Below, piece after piece: positions 11,458 through 26,795 of a DNA stretch of 64,000 nucleotides. How positions within the stretch are numbered: position 1 is the stretch's first letter; the number at the start of each line of letters is the position of its first letter. The notes below the pieces were generated by a model that did not search any database, was not told the DNA's origin, and saw nothing but the letters and a program-made list of their open reading frames with translations. Location: NCBI GenBank assembly GCA_051294375.1, contig CM119270.1:17646025-17710024 (forward strand), written 5' to 3'. This stretch comes from Paraspadella gotoi (Eukaryota; Animalia; Chaetognatha). Both the position numbers and the translations under genes were made by a program.

Positions 11458-14400
11458 AACCCTAACCTTCGGCCATCGTCACTTCACAGCAAGTTTTTCC
11501 CCGCCTTATTTTTTTTTCGCACCGTCCCGGGTTTTTTTTCGCGAGCGATTCTCAAAGACGAAGAGAGGGCGGAGAGAGAGCGGGCAGAAAAAATGATTAA
11601 CGAGGGAGAGAGAGAGATGTGCGAATCCAGCCCTTTGCGTGCGAGCGTGCACAAAACTGCGCGCATTGAAGAAGTCTAATGACGGTCGTCAAACTTTTTT
11701 GAAAAAATAAAAGATAAAAAGTGAGAAATAATGAAAAAAAACGACGTAATTCTGTGATGACTTGAAAAGTATTAAAAAAGAAAAAAAGGAAAAGAAAAAA
11801 GGAAAAAAAATCCAATTTCATTCGGCGAAAAAGAAAAAAAATATCTTGCGATGGATGAACGATCGAGCGAAAGGAATCGATGAACAATAAAAAGGGACAA
11901 CGGACAGAAGGACTAACGGACACTAAACGGACGAAAAAACAAAACGCGAAATGGATTCCGTGTGAATTCTTGAAAAATGAACTACGCGCCTTCCTAACCC
12001 CTCACCACATCGATTTCCTCACCCGCTCGCCTTCACAGCCGCTACTAAACGGCGAAGTCTCTGTGAATCTGAAGTGAATCTTTGTGAATCTGCGGGAATC
12101 TCCCGATCCGGACGACGACGAAACGTCGACGACGACGAAAGTCGTCCAAAGAAATCCGATAGTAGAAGGAAATCGAGAAAAGGAAAAAAAAACTCTTCTC
12201 TTCTCCAAAAAAGGGAATAAAAGGAAAAAAAGGGGAAGGAAAAAAGGGGTAAAAGAGAATAAAAAAGATAAAAGAAAACTCAAAAAAGGGATAAAAGGGA
12301 AGAAAAAGGAGAAAGAAGAAAGGGATAAAAAGGGTAGAAAAAAGTATAAAAAGGGAAGAGGATCAAAAAGGGCGGTTTAAATGAGAAAAGAACTGGAGGG
12401 GAAAAAAAATAAAGGGAGCACAACAGAATAATGGATGAAATTAAAAAAAAAGTAAAAAGAAAGACAAAAGTAAGAATTTGAAAGAGAACCGATAGTACGG
12501 TTAGAGGGCAAAAGAGAAGAGGTCCGAACTTTGCATCGTTCATCGAAACAAACCCACTGTAGAAAAAGGATAGGAAAAAAAAAAAACAAATAGAAGATAA
12601 AAAAAAACTAGAGAGCGAGAAGAGAAGCCCCTTTTAAAAAGTCCGGGGTCGTCGGAAAAAAAGACAAAAACCAAAAACAATAATAAAAAGAAAGAAAAAA
12701 AGAAAAAATAAAAGGGTAAAACAAAAGGAAACGGGACTGACGAAAAAAAAGAAATTGGAGGAAGACACAATTTTCTTCTTTTCTCTGCGAAAAAAAAACA
12801 AAAGAAATTCGTTGGAGTCGATATTGCTAATAATAATAAAATGAAAGAAAGAAACTAAAGACAAATATCCAATAATAATCCAACAAAAAGCGAGCAACAG
12901 CGCCACGAATTAGAACAACAAAAACCAAAGAGTTTCCTCCTTCGCCAACCGCGGAAAATCTGTTAAAAATCGTTTCGACGAAAAAAAAAAAAAGAAAAGA
13001 AAGAAAGAAAGTTTTCTTTTTTTTTTTTCCTCCTCGCGCCCCATAAACGAAAGAAAAAAAATGCTTTCATCAGCGTTCGAGAACCGGAAAGAGAGTAGAG
13101 TAATAGGAAGAGAGAAGAGAGTAAAAGAGAGGAAAGTAAAAAGAGAAGAGAAGATAAGCCAAAGAGCAGAGGAATAAAAAAATCCGAGAGCGTTAAGGGG
13201 ACGATCAAAATCCGTCGCGCGGAGAAGTTTTTAAAAAGGGGAAGTCGAGAAGCAAAGAAAATATATACGAGTGAAAAAATTTTAAAAAAGGCTAAAAATT
13301 TTAAAAAAAATTATTTTTGGATATATATAACTAACAAAAAAAGGCTCGCGATTGAATTGGATTGTGGGAATTCCTAATCCAAAACAATAATCGTTAGAAA
13401 AATATACTGCGAAACAAAACCATTCTGGATTTTATTAAAAACATAAATCATCAAGTTTCTTCGTCCTCACGCTAACAAAAAATAAATAAATAACTAATAA
13501 AAAAGCTATAAATACAAGTGAAACGTTCATTTCAAAAGTTAATATAAAAAATTAAAAAAACCCAAGCCAATTCAATTCGAATTCGTCTCTTCCAAAGAAA
13601 CGCAACCGACAAAATGCCCCTCTCTGCCACCGCATTTTTCTTCGTCTCTCTTCTCTATCTGTCTCAAGTCATTTTTTCGTCTCTCTCTCTCTATTCTGTC
13701 TCCGCGTCTTAAACGTGGGTTTTATCGATACGTAGCAGCAGCCAACACCCTAAACCCCGCCAAACCCCCCCCAATAAAAAAATATATATATTCCGCTCCG
13801 TCATAAACGATAATAACTTTAAGGTTGTTTGTTTGTTTATTTTCTCTGCTAATTTCTGTTCCGTTTGTTTACGATTTTAACCGTCTGTAGCTATCGTCGG
13901 ACTCGTAATTCTTTCCCGTGTCACGTGACTCTTAATCGTCCACGTTTTTTTTTTTTTTACCAAAAAATAAAAAAATAAAAAACTATTGTAAACATTTTTA
14001 AAAAACTTTATGACGAAAAAAAATTAAACGATAACCGAACGCGCCTTCCGGGAAATTGACTCGGAAACAAAAGGACGAAAACAAATCGAAAGTAAAAGAA
14101 ACGTAACGAAACAACAATTTTTTTGTTTTTTTTTTCTCGACGCATGCTTTTTCTTTTATAAACAAGAACGCGAAGAAAGAAATGTTTTGAAATTAAGGAA
14201 AAACAAAGGCAAAACAAAACAACAAAAAATAAAAAAACACAAAAACTATAAAGCTTCTTGTTCGCAAGTTTTAATCTCAAAGTCTAGCAACAAACAATTA
14301 ATCGATTATCCTAAGTCAAAAATTAAAAAGACGAAAAAAAAAAAAAATTAACTCAAAGTAAGTTAAGAAAAAAAACAATCTTGGAAGAAAATTAATCGTC

Positions 14401-15961
14401 CATCAAAGTCCACGGACTCTCACATTTGTTTCGTGACTCTTCACCGAACTCGCGTGAAATTGTCTCGATCCCGGCGTCCTTGTGAAAACCAAACCAAAAA
14501 AACACAAACGCAAAAAAAACGAACCAAAGTACAATAAAGTACATTGAATATACGAGAAATCGACTATCGGACGGATTAAATTTACCTATTCCTCTTGCTG
14601 ACAAAAAGGCATTCGATTGATAATTTTCAAATCCCAAAAGTGCTCGACACAATATTTTGTCTCACTAGTCCCCGGTCCAAGGGCCGAACAAAGGAAAAAA
14701 AAAAACCAAAAAGACAAATGCTTAACTCGCGAAAAAAACAACAAAAAACAAAACTAAATTCGTTGATTTCAGAGAAAGAATTAAACTTAAAGAAATTATA
14801 AACACACACACACACACACAAAAAGCCGTTTCCTCTTTTGAATTCGTGTTCGAGTACACACACGACGTAAAAAACTAAACGAAATAAAATTCCGTGGTGT
14901 GAACTAAGAATTGAAAAAAATTAACGTATAAACCGAGAGAAGACGAAAATATCGATATTTTTTAAAAAAATAGGCAGATCCGGCCAACATAATATGCCGC
15001 ATAAATATTAATATTAATAGCTCGATACCAAATATATATAATATATAGCCGCTTGCCACAGCACTCTCGCTTGACGACACACGGTTCAAATTTCTTTTTT
15101 TTTTTTGCCCCATTGATTTCGTTTCGTTTTGATTTTTAACAAGCACGCTGCCTTGCATAATCATTTTTCGCATCTTGTCGCAAAAAGAAAAGTCCGACTG
15201 GCTACCTAAAACTTTCGGACGCGATCTTATTTTAGTTATAAATTGTATCGGATCGTTCAAATATACATTTCTTTCGTCAGGCTTTTCATTAAATATGAAC
15301 GAACCGGAATTTGTTTATGATAAACTTTCTTTGTTCAAAATCAAACGCTTATTAAAAAAAAAATACCAAAAAAAAAACAACAAACTAAATAAGCAAACAA
15401 AAAGTCTACTAACCGCTTTGCATCGCAAAAAAACAAAAACAAAAAAATCTGCTATAAAAAAATAAAATAATCGAGAATCCGAGAACCTCACTAAATCGTT
15501 TGGCGAGATTTCACGAATAAAAAATCAACCTGGCAAACGGAAATATAAACAAAAAGACAAGAAAAAACCGACCCTGAAGAAAAAAAAACACTAAGGGGTC
15601 GACGTATTTGTTCGCATTTCTGATGTTTTCACTCGTTAAGACAACTAGGAACCGCCACCAGGGCTGTAAACTATCAACCTAAAAAAAAAAACAAAAACAA
15701 AAGCCCCCAAGCATATAAAAGGGAAAAACGGCGGATTCGCGTTCGTGCCCGGAACCCCCAAAAAAGGGTCCGAAAATGTCGTAACCCCGCACCTTCCCGT
15801 AGAACGGACCCGTACTCACCCGAGTAAGGTTCGTCCTTACGAGGACACTGCCCAGACAATTACCTCATACAAACGCCAGCTTACTGCATCATTCCTGCTT
15901 TCAGGTGAGAAAAAGGTCAATTGCGAGGTTTGATAAATGGATTTAAAGAGAGAGAGAGAGA

Positions 15962-16023
<62 letters not shown>

Positions 16024-17630
16024 CAGAGAGAAGAGAGAGAGAGAGAGAGAGCAGAGAGAGAGAGAGAGAGAGACGTGAGTCTTTACAACTATTTCATCTT
16101 TGTTAATCCTTTGTTTAAATTTTCCTCGATTTTTTCGCAGGGACATCTGCCGTCGATCTTCATCCGCGCTGCTTGCCGCTCCATCACAATTAAAAGAAAA
16201 ACAAATAAAAAAAAAGGATTCTTCATCGGCTACGTAGCTACTGCGCAAAAAAAAAAAACCAAATAAATAAATAAACAAACCCCCTCCCCAAAAAAAAAAA
16301 TATACTTACCTTCGTCATTAACGCAACTAGGCAGTAGTCGGTTTTAAAAAAAAATACAAACTTAAATGTTAACTTTACTCTTCGTGGTTGACTAAATAAT
16401 CGTCTCTTTCCATTGGGTCTTGCTATCCTCGCTTTCCCTTCTGTCTTGTATTCGTGCACGCCCCCCCCCCAACCAAAAAAGATTGTTATTATTCCACTAG
16501 TTGCGTATGCAACGTCATCGTCCTAACGTAAAGAGAAGAAAAAGAAAAAATATTCCGTAGTTAATACTTAGTCGTACCCTCTAAATCGGAGTGTTAGAAT
16601 GTAGAAAATATTTTCAAATAAACTGAACTAATTATTAACTAAAACAAAAAATAAAAATACAAAATTCGGTTAGAAACCGCTAACATCGCGAGTTGCTCTC
16701 TCTCATCTTTCTCTCCCGACAATTTTACTCTCGAATAAATAATCGTTTTCCTTTCAAAAACTAAAAAGAAAAAAAAACTCTCGAATAATAAAAAAGAAAA
16801 AAATAGTAAAAGTGGAGAAAAGCGAAAAATATTGGCTTTCGCGACTTTGTGACCTTGGAGCATAAAAACGAACCTCACCTCTTCACATCGCACTCACTAC
16901 CCTTTTTTTCTCTCTCTCATCTCTCTCGATTTTATTCTTCGCAAGTCTCGCGCCGGCGACGAACGACCTTCCAGTTTTTTTTTTACGAAGGTGAGTTGTC
17001 CGGTCGTGTTGTCGTCGATCGGCGTTGGTCGTTGTTGTTGTGATTTTGTGCGAATCATTCGTGAGTCATGGTAATGCCATGTGAATGGATTGTGAATGAC
17101 GAAAATGGTCGTTTTCACGCCTCGGTGACCCAAAAGCTTAAGCGTCCTAGGCTTTCTTTCTTTTATAAGTCGTAAGGTTGAAGCTTCCGGTTTCTAAAAT
17201 CAATTCCACTCAATTTTTATTTATTTTTTTTTATTCCATTATTTATTTTCTGGTTTTATTGAAAAATCGATGAATCGTGAAAACGAAATCCCAGTTTCAC
17301 ACGATTCGTTTTTTGTTTTTTTTGTTAAAGAAAAAAAATTTAAAAAAGGCAATAATATCAAAGTTTAAACATTATTTGTAATTTAAAAATAAACCTGTGA
17401 GTGACCAATGAACATCACAACTATTGGTGAAGATGTTCGATTACCCAATCTGTTCTATTTTAGGACTATTCACTAGCGTTTTCATACAGAATTATTTATG
17501 AGCAATAAATTGGATTTTATATTCAGGATTAAATTCAGGATTGATGATGACCAAAATCTGTTGGAACTGAACACATCAAAGGAAGAAAAATTTTTTTGGT
17601 TATATCTATTGTCGGAAAAGAGAAGAGAGA

Positions 17631-17672
<42 letters not shown>

Positions 17673-20140
17673 AAAGAGAGATGCGATAGGCGGAATAGAG
17701 ATACTAAAGTGCTCATTTATTTGACCCTATTAATCTCAAACAGTTTATACTGGAATGCCAATTAGATTTCCTAAATCTAATACAGAGAAAATAGTGGTAA
17801 TTTCCCCTTAAACCTTTTTTTCCAATCTTTCCACAGGACGTTTTCCGCATCTCGGCCGCAGCAATATCCGCCAATATTCTCAGCAAGCAGCAGCATTTCT
17901 TCCTCTTGCCTTCAATCGTCCGCTTGCCTCGAAACCGCCGGGTTTTGCCGCCAATTGCAGCAACACCTTGTCCTTCTCTCTCACCCACTTGAACCTTGTT
18001 TATTATTTTTTTTTTGTTCGTCGAAACTTCGCAATTTGATTTGCGGAGAATCAAGTTTTGATTATTCGTCTTTGCAATCAAAGAAACTGAGAAGTAAAGT
18101 TTAAACGTGCCAAAAAAAACCCCTATAATTTACTTATTTATAAACATTATTTTAAGCGGATTTTTTAATATTTTCATTTTGCAGCATTCCTACACTACGC
18201 TCTGCTTTGCAGAAAACGTTCCACAACACAAGGGAGCAATCCCAATAGAATGCAATTAAATTCCAACCTTCCTTTTAATTTTACCTTCATTTCCTTATTT
18301 TTTTTTATAAACATAAGCCCTTTTTATTCATTGAACTTACTGCGAGCAACGCTTTACAATTATCTACCGGGTAGAAACTTTATCGAAGTTACTCCATAGA
18401 CAAATTTCGCTTGGAATAACGAATTACCTAGACAATAAAAAGACGTCTATCAAACAGATCAAATTCCGAAATAAAAACAAAAGATCAGAAACTTGGCCAA
18501 ATCAGCGAGTCGACCCTTCGTTTGAGCGTTCGCTGTAAGGTCAAGGAAAAGTTTTTGTTTACCCAAAAATTAAACAAAAACAATCGAAAAGGAAAAACGA
18601 AAACAAACAAAAACAACACCCTCTTTTAATTAAAAAAAACCCTTCAAGATTTGAAAGAATCCTTTGATAAAAAAAGTTTAAAAAAACCCAACCCTACAAC
18701 CCCTTTAAAATACACTCCGCCAAGAAACAAACACGCTTAGTGCATCAAACAAACCAACACAACAACAACAACGACCAAAAAAAAATCATGGGGAAGAGGC
18801 GGGAAAAAGAGCGAGGCCCGGGCAGCAACGAACGTCGGCAGGCAAAGCCAGCGGCGCGGGCGGGAACGTCAAAAGCGGGCAAAAATGCCGTCGAAGGGAA
18901 GCAGGGATTCGTCTAACGCGAACCCGAGCGAGGTGGGCCACAACCACAGTCATCGCCACCGCCGAAAGATGGGAGAACAGAACTAGTCGGATATCGGCCG
19001 TCCTACGGAGCGCATGGTGAGTTAAGGGGGTTTGGGTGGGTTGGGGAAAGTAGTTGGTCGAGGAGTGGGTCGAGGGTGGTTGAATTTGATTGTGGTTTGA
19101 TTTGATTTTTGGTTTGATTTGATTTGATTTGAATTTGATTTGATTTGATTTGATTTGATTGATTTAGATTTGCATTTGATTTGAATTTGATTTGATTTGA
19201 TTGATTTAGATTTGATTTAGATTTGATTTAATATAAATTATGAATGATATGATGATGATATGATATGATAAATGATCTGATTTGATTTGATTTAGATCTG
19301 AAATTTAGATTTAATTTGAATTTGATTTGATTTGATTTAGATTTGATTTGATTTGGATTTTGATTTGATTTGGATTTTGAATTTTGATTTGATTGATTTT
19401 GAATTGATTTGAATTGGTTTTGAATTGAGTTATTTGAAGTGATGTTTGATTTTGGAATGAATTTGATTTGATTTGGTGATTTAGTTAATGATGAAATGAT
19501 ATGCCGAATAAATTGGATGAATCAATGAATTTCGATCAAGAGTAATGAATTCAAAGAATGATTCGCATTTTTCCGTACACGTTTTTAACCGTTTGTGACA
19601 ATAGTAAATTTTTATGCTCGTATCTTTTTCGAGCACGTCAAATATTTTAAGGCTAAAAACTAAATTTTATTCTCGGCACGAGCGATCACCGGCGGGGCAC
19701 TTGTCAGCGTAGCGTTGATTGCTTACGTGCTTGTCGCAGTACTCAACTTGTGGCCTTGGTCGGCGTAATTGGCTTGTTAATCATGCATGGCTTGTCATCG
19801 TACGTGCTAAGCGCGCGCGAACTTCGAAACGGAACTCCAAACGTTTTCGCCCTTGCGTCCAAGTCTTGACGTTTCTCTCGCTTGATTGACGCTTCGATCG
19901 TCGGTTTTTAGTCAGGGAAAAAGAATCGCTGATTGGCTGAAGGAAAAAAAGAAAATATTTTATGACGGCTCCGCGGGCGAAATGGATATTGATATCAATT
20001 TAACCGGCTTCGTCGATGTCGTCATTAATGTAGTTCTAAAATTGGTATTTGTTCAAATTCGTTTAGTAAATGATAAAAAAAATATGATGAACTATGAATG
20101 AGATGTGCGGAAGGAAAATTAGGAAAAAAAACCGAGCGAG

Positions 20141-20189
<49 letters not shown>

Positions 20190-20192
20190 GAG

Positions 20193-20227
<35 letters not shown>

Positions 20228-22848
20228 GAACTGTAACCTGCCTCTACGAGAGATAAAGATTCGATTTGATGGATTCGTAAGTCACAATTTTCCGCGATCG
20301 GTGATTGACAATTCACTGTACATCGGTGTCATAGTGGCGGCCCTTCACTTCACCGGTTGATAAGAAGGTGAATAATTGATGATACGCATAACTCTCTTTT
20401 CGCTGATGAAAGAAACGACTTTGAGTTCTATCCTTTTAAAAAAAAACATCATTTTCCACTTAGTGACAAATATAAAAGTTTTATAAGACTTTTCCACGGT
20501 GACAATCGCCGACAAACGACCACTGACAGTGACGGCCGACGTCCCTGGTTTTGAACAGTGACACGAGAAGCAGTCCGCACCAGAACTTGGCGTGAACAGT
20601 TTTTCGAAATTGACGAGTGGTCGTCATCTTAAAACGACTGTCGCTTCTGAAAAGAACGATCGGGCCTATCTTGAACGAAAGTGCCGGCCATCTTGAAACG
20701 AACTGTCCCAGCCATCTGGGGAACATCGGTCGGCCATCTTGAAAGCAACGGTCACCATTCTTCCCACTCGTTGGCCGGGTACCGTTTAGGAGAACGCGAA
20801 CCGCGGCCCCTATTTCGGGGGAAAAAATTGCGTTCATCAGGTGCGAATAAAAGACTAATCGGGCGAAAAGAAAATGCTTCGGCTACCCTTTTTCTTTTTC
20901 CAATGGTTTTTTTCTTTTTTCAATGGAATCAGAGAATTCGCTTCTAAGTTCATGCGGTTTACAGTACAATTATATTTCCCTTTTTTTCCTTTTCTGTTGA
21001 TATGGTTTTGCCAACCTTCCATTTCCTAACTTAAATTTCGGAGTCGCTAATGGGCAACTTGGTTAAGTCGATTTGGGTGCAGACGAAACGTGTCAGTTGC
21101 ATGCGAATAGTCTCTACGCGTTTTCACGTAGTTCCATTCACTTTCACATTTTCGTTTGTGATCGGAATAATTTTTTGTAAGTTTCGAGCAATCTAATTTT
21201 AGCGAGAGAGATAATGAGCCTGTAGCCTTTCTGATGGCCTAGTTTCTCCACTGGTTATTTCTTACTTTAAAGATACGTTCTGTATAAAATTATTATAATA
21301 ATGGATTGTAAAAGTTAAGGAGTGTAGTTCGCTTCTTCATCTTGATTAACCGCCCTGCCAAATATTCCGATATACTTTTCGGGCCCCTCATCTTCGCCCT
21401 CATCTTCGCCGCTCATCTTGCGGCCGCTCGACGGGGCGAATTTCGCGCGAAGGCGAAGACGAAATCCTTAGGGATTCGTCGTCGAGGAAAAAACGGCGAA
21501 AGTTTAATAGGAAAGTAACTTTTGAGGAGAAAGAAAACACATCAGTAATCCGGGGTGCGGCATTAGTAATCAACATTAAGCAATCAAACATTAAGCATTA
21601 AGTACCAGTAATCGGACATCAGCCTTGAGCATCAGCGTCGGCAATCAACCAATCAAACAGCAGTATGACAGTGAAAGAATGCATAAACTTATCATTCTTC
21701 TTTTTTCTTTATGTATACACAGATGGTTTGCCAAAGCAAATGGTAGAAAAAAACTTGCTGTCCTGCTTGATAGGTTGTTCATGATTCCAATTCCATATTT
21801 ATAAAAAAATATTTTTAAATCTTTTGACGTCATTCGTTGATATCTTTTTTTTTCGTTCTTCTTGGGTATTTTGCCTTCCTTCTTTGTTTGGCGTCGGCCA
21901 GGGTGAGGAAAATCTTTTAAATCGATTTTTTGATAAGATTCTTAGAAATCTAATCTGTCTGCTATCCCTTATTCCTTATTTCTCCGTCCAGCCCCCTCCG
22001 CCCCCTTATACTAAGCAAACTATAACTTTTGTACAATTCTTAATTTCGACTACTTCTCTTATTCTTCCTTCTTATTTCGACTATACCAACTTTTCCCTAT
22101 CAATTATGTCTTTCCTCCTTGACAAATTCCTCCCCTTTCTATTCTCCCCTTTCCCTCCGCCCTTATTCTCTTCTCTCTCTCATTCTCTCGCTCTCTCTCT
22201 CTTCCTCTCTTCTCTCTCTCTCTCTCTTCTCTCCTCTCTCCTCTCTCTCTCTCTCTCTCTTCTCACTCTCTCTCTCCTCTTATGCGGGTTGATCTCATTT
22301 CCATGACCAGGGCTTTTTTGTTGTCTAAATTCAGAAGAAAGGCTCTTCGTCGACTTGATGTCGGTCTCCCTCGTCGTCATGAAACAACAAGTGACAACAA
22401 GAAGAGAGAAATGTAGTTTAGCGTCTAATTCGCGCCCTCGGTATCAGTTTTCGTTTCGCCTTCCCATTGAATTTTTCGAGTTTCGTATATTTCTCAGACT
22501 TCAACGAAAGCCCCAAAACTATTGACAAATTCACTCTTCGGTGGCAAAATTTAACAAATATCGACGTCTATCTTTGCCTTGTCTATCTTTGTCTATCTTA
22601 ATCTAATCTAATCACCATCACAAAGACTAAGTAAAAAAAAAAAAAAAAAAAAAAAAAACGTTAAAAAAAACGGTGATTGTATTAAAACATTTAATTATCT
22701 TTTAAATTTTGAAAAACCGGACGTTAATTGAAGCTCTCCGAGATGATATAGTTTTTTGTTTTTTTGAGCTGGTGCCGTGTTGTGCCGATTCCGAAAACTC
22801 CGTCATTATAATAAAACACAACAAACAAAAACAAACACAGCAAACTGA

Positions 22849-23290
22849 TTAACAACTCGTCTGGCCCGTAGCCTTCCGATCCAGGGGCAGCAAAGCAGAC
22901 CTGGCATACTTCGTATTCCTGCCTAGCCCGCCCTCTCCGATCCCCCGCAAGCGCCCCCCCCCCCCCCCTTCGTCCGCACTTTGAAAACCCCGGCGGCAAC
23001 GGTCGGCAACCCGAGCGGGCCCTCATCCGGCTCCGTCCCCGGCGGGCAGCTCGCAAGTAATATCCGGCTAATCGGGGGCCTGCGAGCCCGAGGGGGCATC
23101 GGGGCACATGTCGACTGATTCGTCCCGTCGGGTGGTCGGTCGTCACTACGTGACCAATGGATCGAAGAAGGTGTGCGTTCGAATCTGCGCAACATGTGTC
23201 TCGGTCGTTTGGAGGAATGTAGACCTGAATCCTTTTTGTCGACAAAGTTGTTTCGTTTCGATTACAGGCGTCGGGGTTTCCAAGTTAAAT
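22849..23290 (-). CDS. Terminal exon 8 of putative secreted protein, error-laden copy
   Basis: Homologous to 8099-8472 but frameshifted, with a C-rich insertion at ~22920-22970. Confidence 0.5.
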
Positions 23291-26259
23291 CTGATCGAAA
23301 GGAAAGAAATTTAACCTTGTTATAAATACACGTAGTTAAATATTTTATTTGTACTTGATTCCTTAAAAAAATTAAAAATCTAGCTTTTTAAATTGAGATT
23401 TCAGGTGGGATCTACAGATTCCTTTCAATCAATATTAGAGCGTAGTGAAAAGTTTACGAAAAGTTTCTAAATGTCAATTTTGAACAACATACCACCATCA
23501 AGTGAACATTAAATGTAGAAAAAATTTAATGTATTAATGTATTATGTAGAAAAATTAATTTTATGTCTTTATTTTTCCGCAGTAGGCTAATAATTTATAT
23601 ATAGTCTATCCTTATAAAATTGAGAAATATCAAAATAGGCTTTTTCCTTAATTTTGACTGAGATTTGAATTCCTCGCCAAAAGTGAGGAAAAGAATATAA
23701 AATCATTTTTAAAAATTCCTTTCATTAAGTGGGTTAAAATTAATTTTATATATAAAATTTTAATTTTCAGCTTAAAATATAGGTTTTTTTTAAAAATTTG
23801 CTCGCAACTTAAGTAAAGAATTTTTAAAAAAGAGTTATAATTCTTTCATGACGAATCCAAATCTGCAAAAAAAAAATCTTAAACTATTTTGAAAATTTTA
23901 TTAACATTTAATTGCATATGGCCGACTGCGTAAATTGTAAAATTTATTATAATTTTTTTAAATAGCAAATAATGTTGATTAAATATAAATGTTGTTCGTC
24001 NNNNNNNNNNNNNNNNNNNNNNNNNTCGTTCCTCACTTTTAGAATTTTAATTAAAGTTAATTTTAAAATTTTTACTACGCTTTAATCAATATATCATATT
24101 GTCATTTATCATCATCGTAAATATTAAGAGAAAAAACTTAAAATCATGAATTTTCTGAAATAAAAAAAAAGGAGAGATCACGTGAACATTAATTTGTAGA
24201 AAAATTAATTTAAGTTCTTTAATTTTCGCAGTAGGCTATATTTATATATAGTATTATCTTATAAAATTGAGAAATTTCAATAGGCTTTTCTTAATTTTGA
24301 CTGCAGATTTGAATTCCTCGCCAAAAGTTGAGAAAAGAAAATATAAATTCATTTTTAAAAATTCTTTCATTAAGTGGGTTAAAAATAAAAATTTAATATA
24401 CAAAATTTTAATTTTCAGCTTAAAATATAGGTTTTTTAAAAATTTTCTCAAAACTTAATGAAAAGAATTTTTAAAAAAGAGTTATATTTCTTTTTTTTTA
24501 CTTTCATGACGAATCCAAATCTGCAAAAAAAAAATCTTAAAAAACTATTTTGAAATTTATTATTTAAATTGTAAATTTATTATAAATTTTTTTATACATA
24601 AATGTTGATTAATATAATGTTGTTCGTCCTACTTTTAGAATTTTAATTAAAGTTATTTTAAATTTTTACTAACGCTTTAATCAATATATCATATTGTCAT
24701 TTAATCATCATCGTAAATATTAAGAGAAAAAACTTAAAATCATGAATTTTCTGAAATAAAAACAGACAATTGCACATTAAGACAATAAGAAGATTAAACG
24801 ATTAAACGATGAGTCATTGAGCAAGAAAAATGCACTAATGGCAACAAAAAATAAATTCAAACAATTAAGGATCATTGCGGACATTGCAAATTGGAAAAGT
24901 AATTAAATATATCAATGAAAATCACTGAGTGAATATTATCATTACAACTAGGCATTTGCCAATTTTTTTTTTAGTCATAGACAGAAACTTGGAAATGAAA
25001 AAAAGTAAATACTATCTTCATGGTACTCTAACATTTATACTAGGCCATTGCCTCTTTTTTTTTTTTTAAGTCATAGACAGAAACTTGTCATTTTTTTTTT
25101 TTTTTAACTGATCATAAATAGAAAAGGCATAAATACAGAGTTAAATTATTGGAATTCACCCTTATTCCTAATTATTATTATTCTTATCGTTAATGATACT
25201 ATTATTATTTTTTATCATTATTACTATTATTATTTTTACATTATTATTATTATTATTTATTATTATATTATTATTATAATGATGGATTACTATTATTGGA
25301 ATTACCCCTCATTCCTAATTATTATTGTTCTTATGCATTAATTACCCTCATTTCCTAATATTATTGTTTCTTATCAATTAATGATACTATTATTTATTTT
25401 TATCATTATTACTATTATAATTTTATCAATTTATTACTATGATTATTATTATAAAACTTAATATATTATTAATAATTTTATTGTTATTACTATTATTATT
25501 ACAATATTATATATATATACATACATATATATAATTATAATAATATCAATCATTAATATTATTGTTATTACTATTATTATTACAATAGTACTATAATTAC
25601 TAATGTCACAATTTTTATTATTATTACGCATTATCACAGCCATTGTTATATACAAGTTTAATGAATTTTTACCTTAATTTAATCCTTTATGAATTTTTAA
25701 ATCTTAATCCTTAATCCCTCACTTTACAATACCCAATACTCAAATACATACCAAATTACTAGAATAAATTCCCAATAACAACCCTTGCCCTTTTTACTAA
25801 TTACCCCAATTTACCACGCCCTCTTCATTCCATTTACCACAGAATCCCTCCAACCAAAACTCCCTTCTCAAAACTCCGCAAATCTACCATTAATTTTCTA
25901 CCACCCAAAATTCTTCTTCCAATTCCTTTCTTAATTTTGAAACAACATTCACAACTTTTCAACTGCCGACTCCACACTTCTAATCCTTTCCCCCTAATCA
26001 TTTAAAATTATAGACCTTAAAGATACCCTAGCCTATTCCTAAGATTAATTTAGCTCCTCTTCTCTGTTAATCCCAAACCCATCTCCCTTTTATCAACTCT
26101 TTTTGTCATCTAGCTTCATTAGCGTCACATGAAGATTGTTCAAAATCATCATTATTTGACCTCATATCGTTTTATCTAAAACTGCAACATAAGTTACAAC
26201 GGATTCATGTCATGTCACGTTATTCACCAACCTCGATTCCTCCGAAGCAAATCTCCACA

Positions 26260-26510
26260 TCCGCCTGCAGATTAAAATTTCCAACAGAAATGGCCACCGC
26301 AGTCTTTCCCCTCTCTTGTAGTAGTGAATCATTCTGCCGAATCCTCCAAGTCGACGTCGCGCTGGGGAGAATTTCTCCACTTCCTCCATGGCCGTGTTGC
26401 GACATGATGGTCCAAACTTTTGACGGCAACTGGAGGGGTTGTATCTTTGGACGAGGAGGAAGAGATGAAGTAATAAGGTGACAGCATTTTTAGTCTCGCC
26501 AAGACGTACT
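26260..26510 (-). CDS. Exon 7 of putative secreted protein, error-laden copy (3' boundary approximate)
   Basis: Acceptor tatag| at 26511-26512; GC-rich block homologous to 10745-10995; many indels. Confidence 0.45.
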
Positions 26511-26795
26511 CTATANNNNNNNNNNNNNNNNNNNNNNNNNAAACGCTTTTCGGTTTGTATGTCTATCTGTTGTCGATGATATATTAAGGAATTAGACTAT
26601 TATTAGGTTTAATTATTAAAATCTTGCATTTAGAGAGCAAGAGAGGAGCCGAGGAGAAAATGGAGTAAGAAAAAAATGGAAAGAAAGGAAAATGGATATA
26701 AAAGAATTACATAAATTTCACATTTGCAAAACACTAATAAAAAAAAAGAGAGCGCCATAACTTTTCGAACCCTGGAAAGTACGTTTGTTTCTCAC

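Larger units (their letters stand above)
14768..26588 (+). repeat. Direct re-copy of 1-11046
   Basis: Collinear throughout, with frequent 1-bp indels; copy 1 ends at a 25-N gap. Confidence 0.92.

Noticed and set aside
11457-11468. Telomere-like CCCTAA
   Set aside because: Only one complete unit.
22920-22970. C-rich insertion in the second copy of exon 8
   Set aside because: Absent from the clean copy and typical of a low-quality read segment.
24026-24760. Apparent tandem second copy of the intronic TIR element
   Set aside because: Lies directly beside a 25-N gap and is single in the 8.6-9.3 kb homolog.
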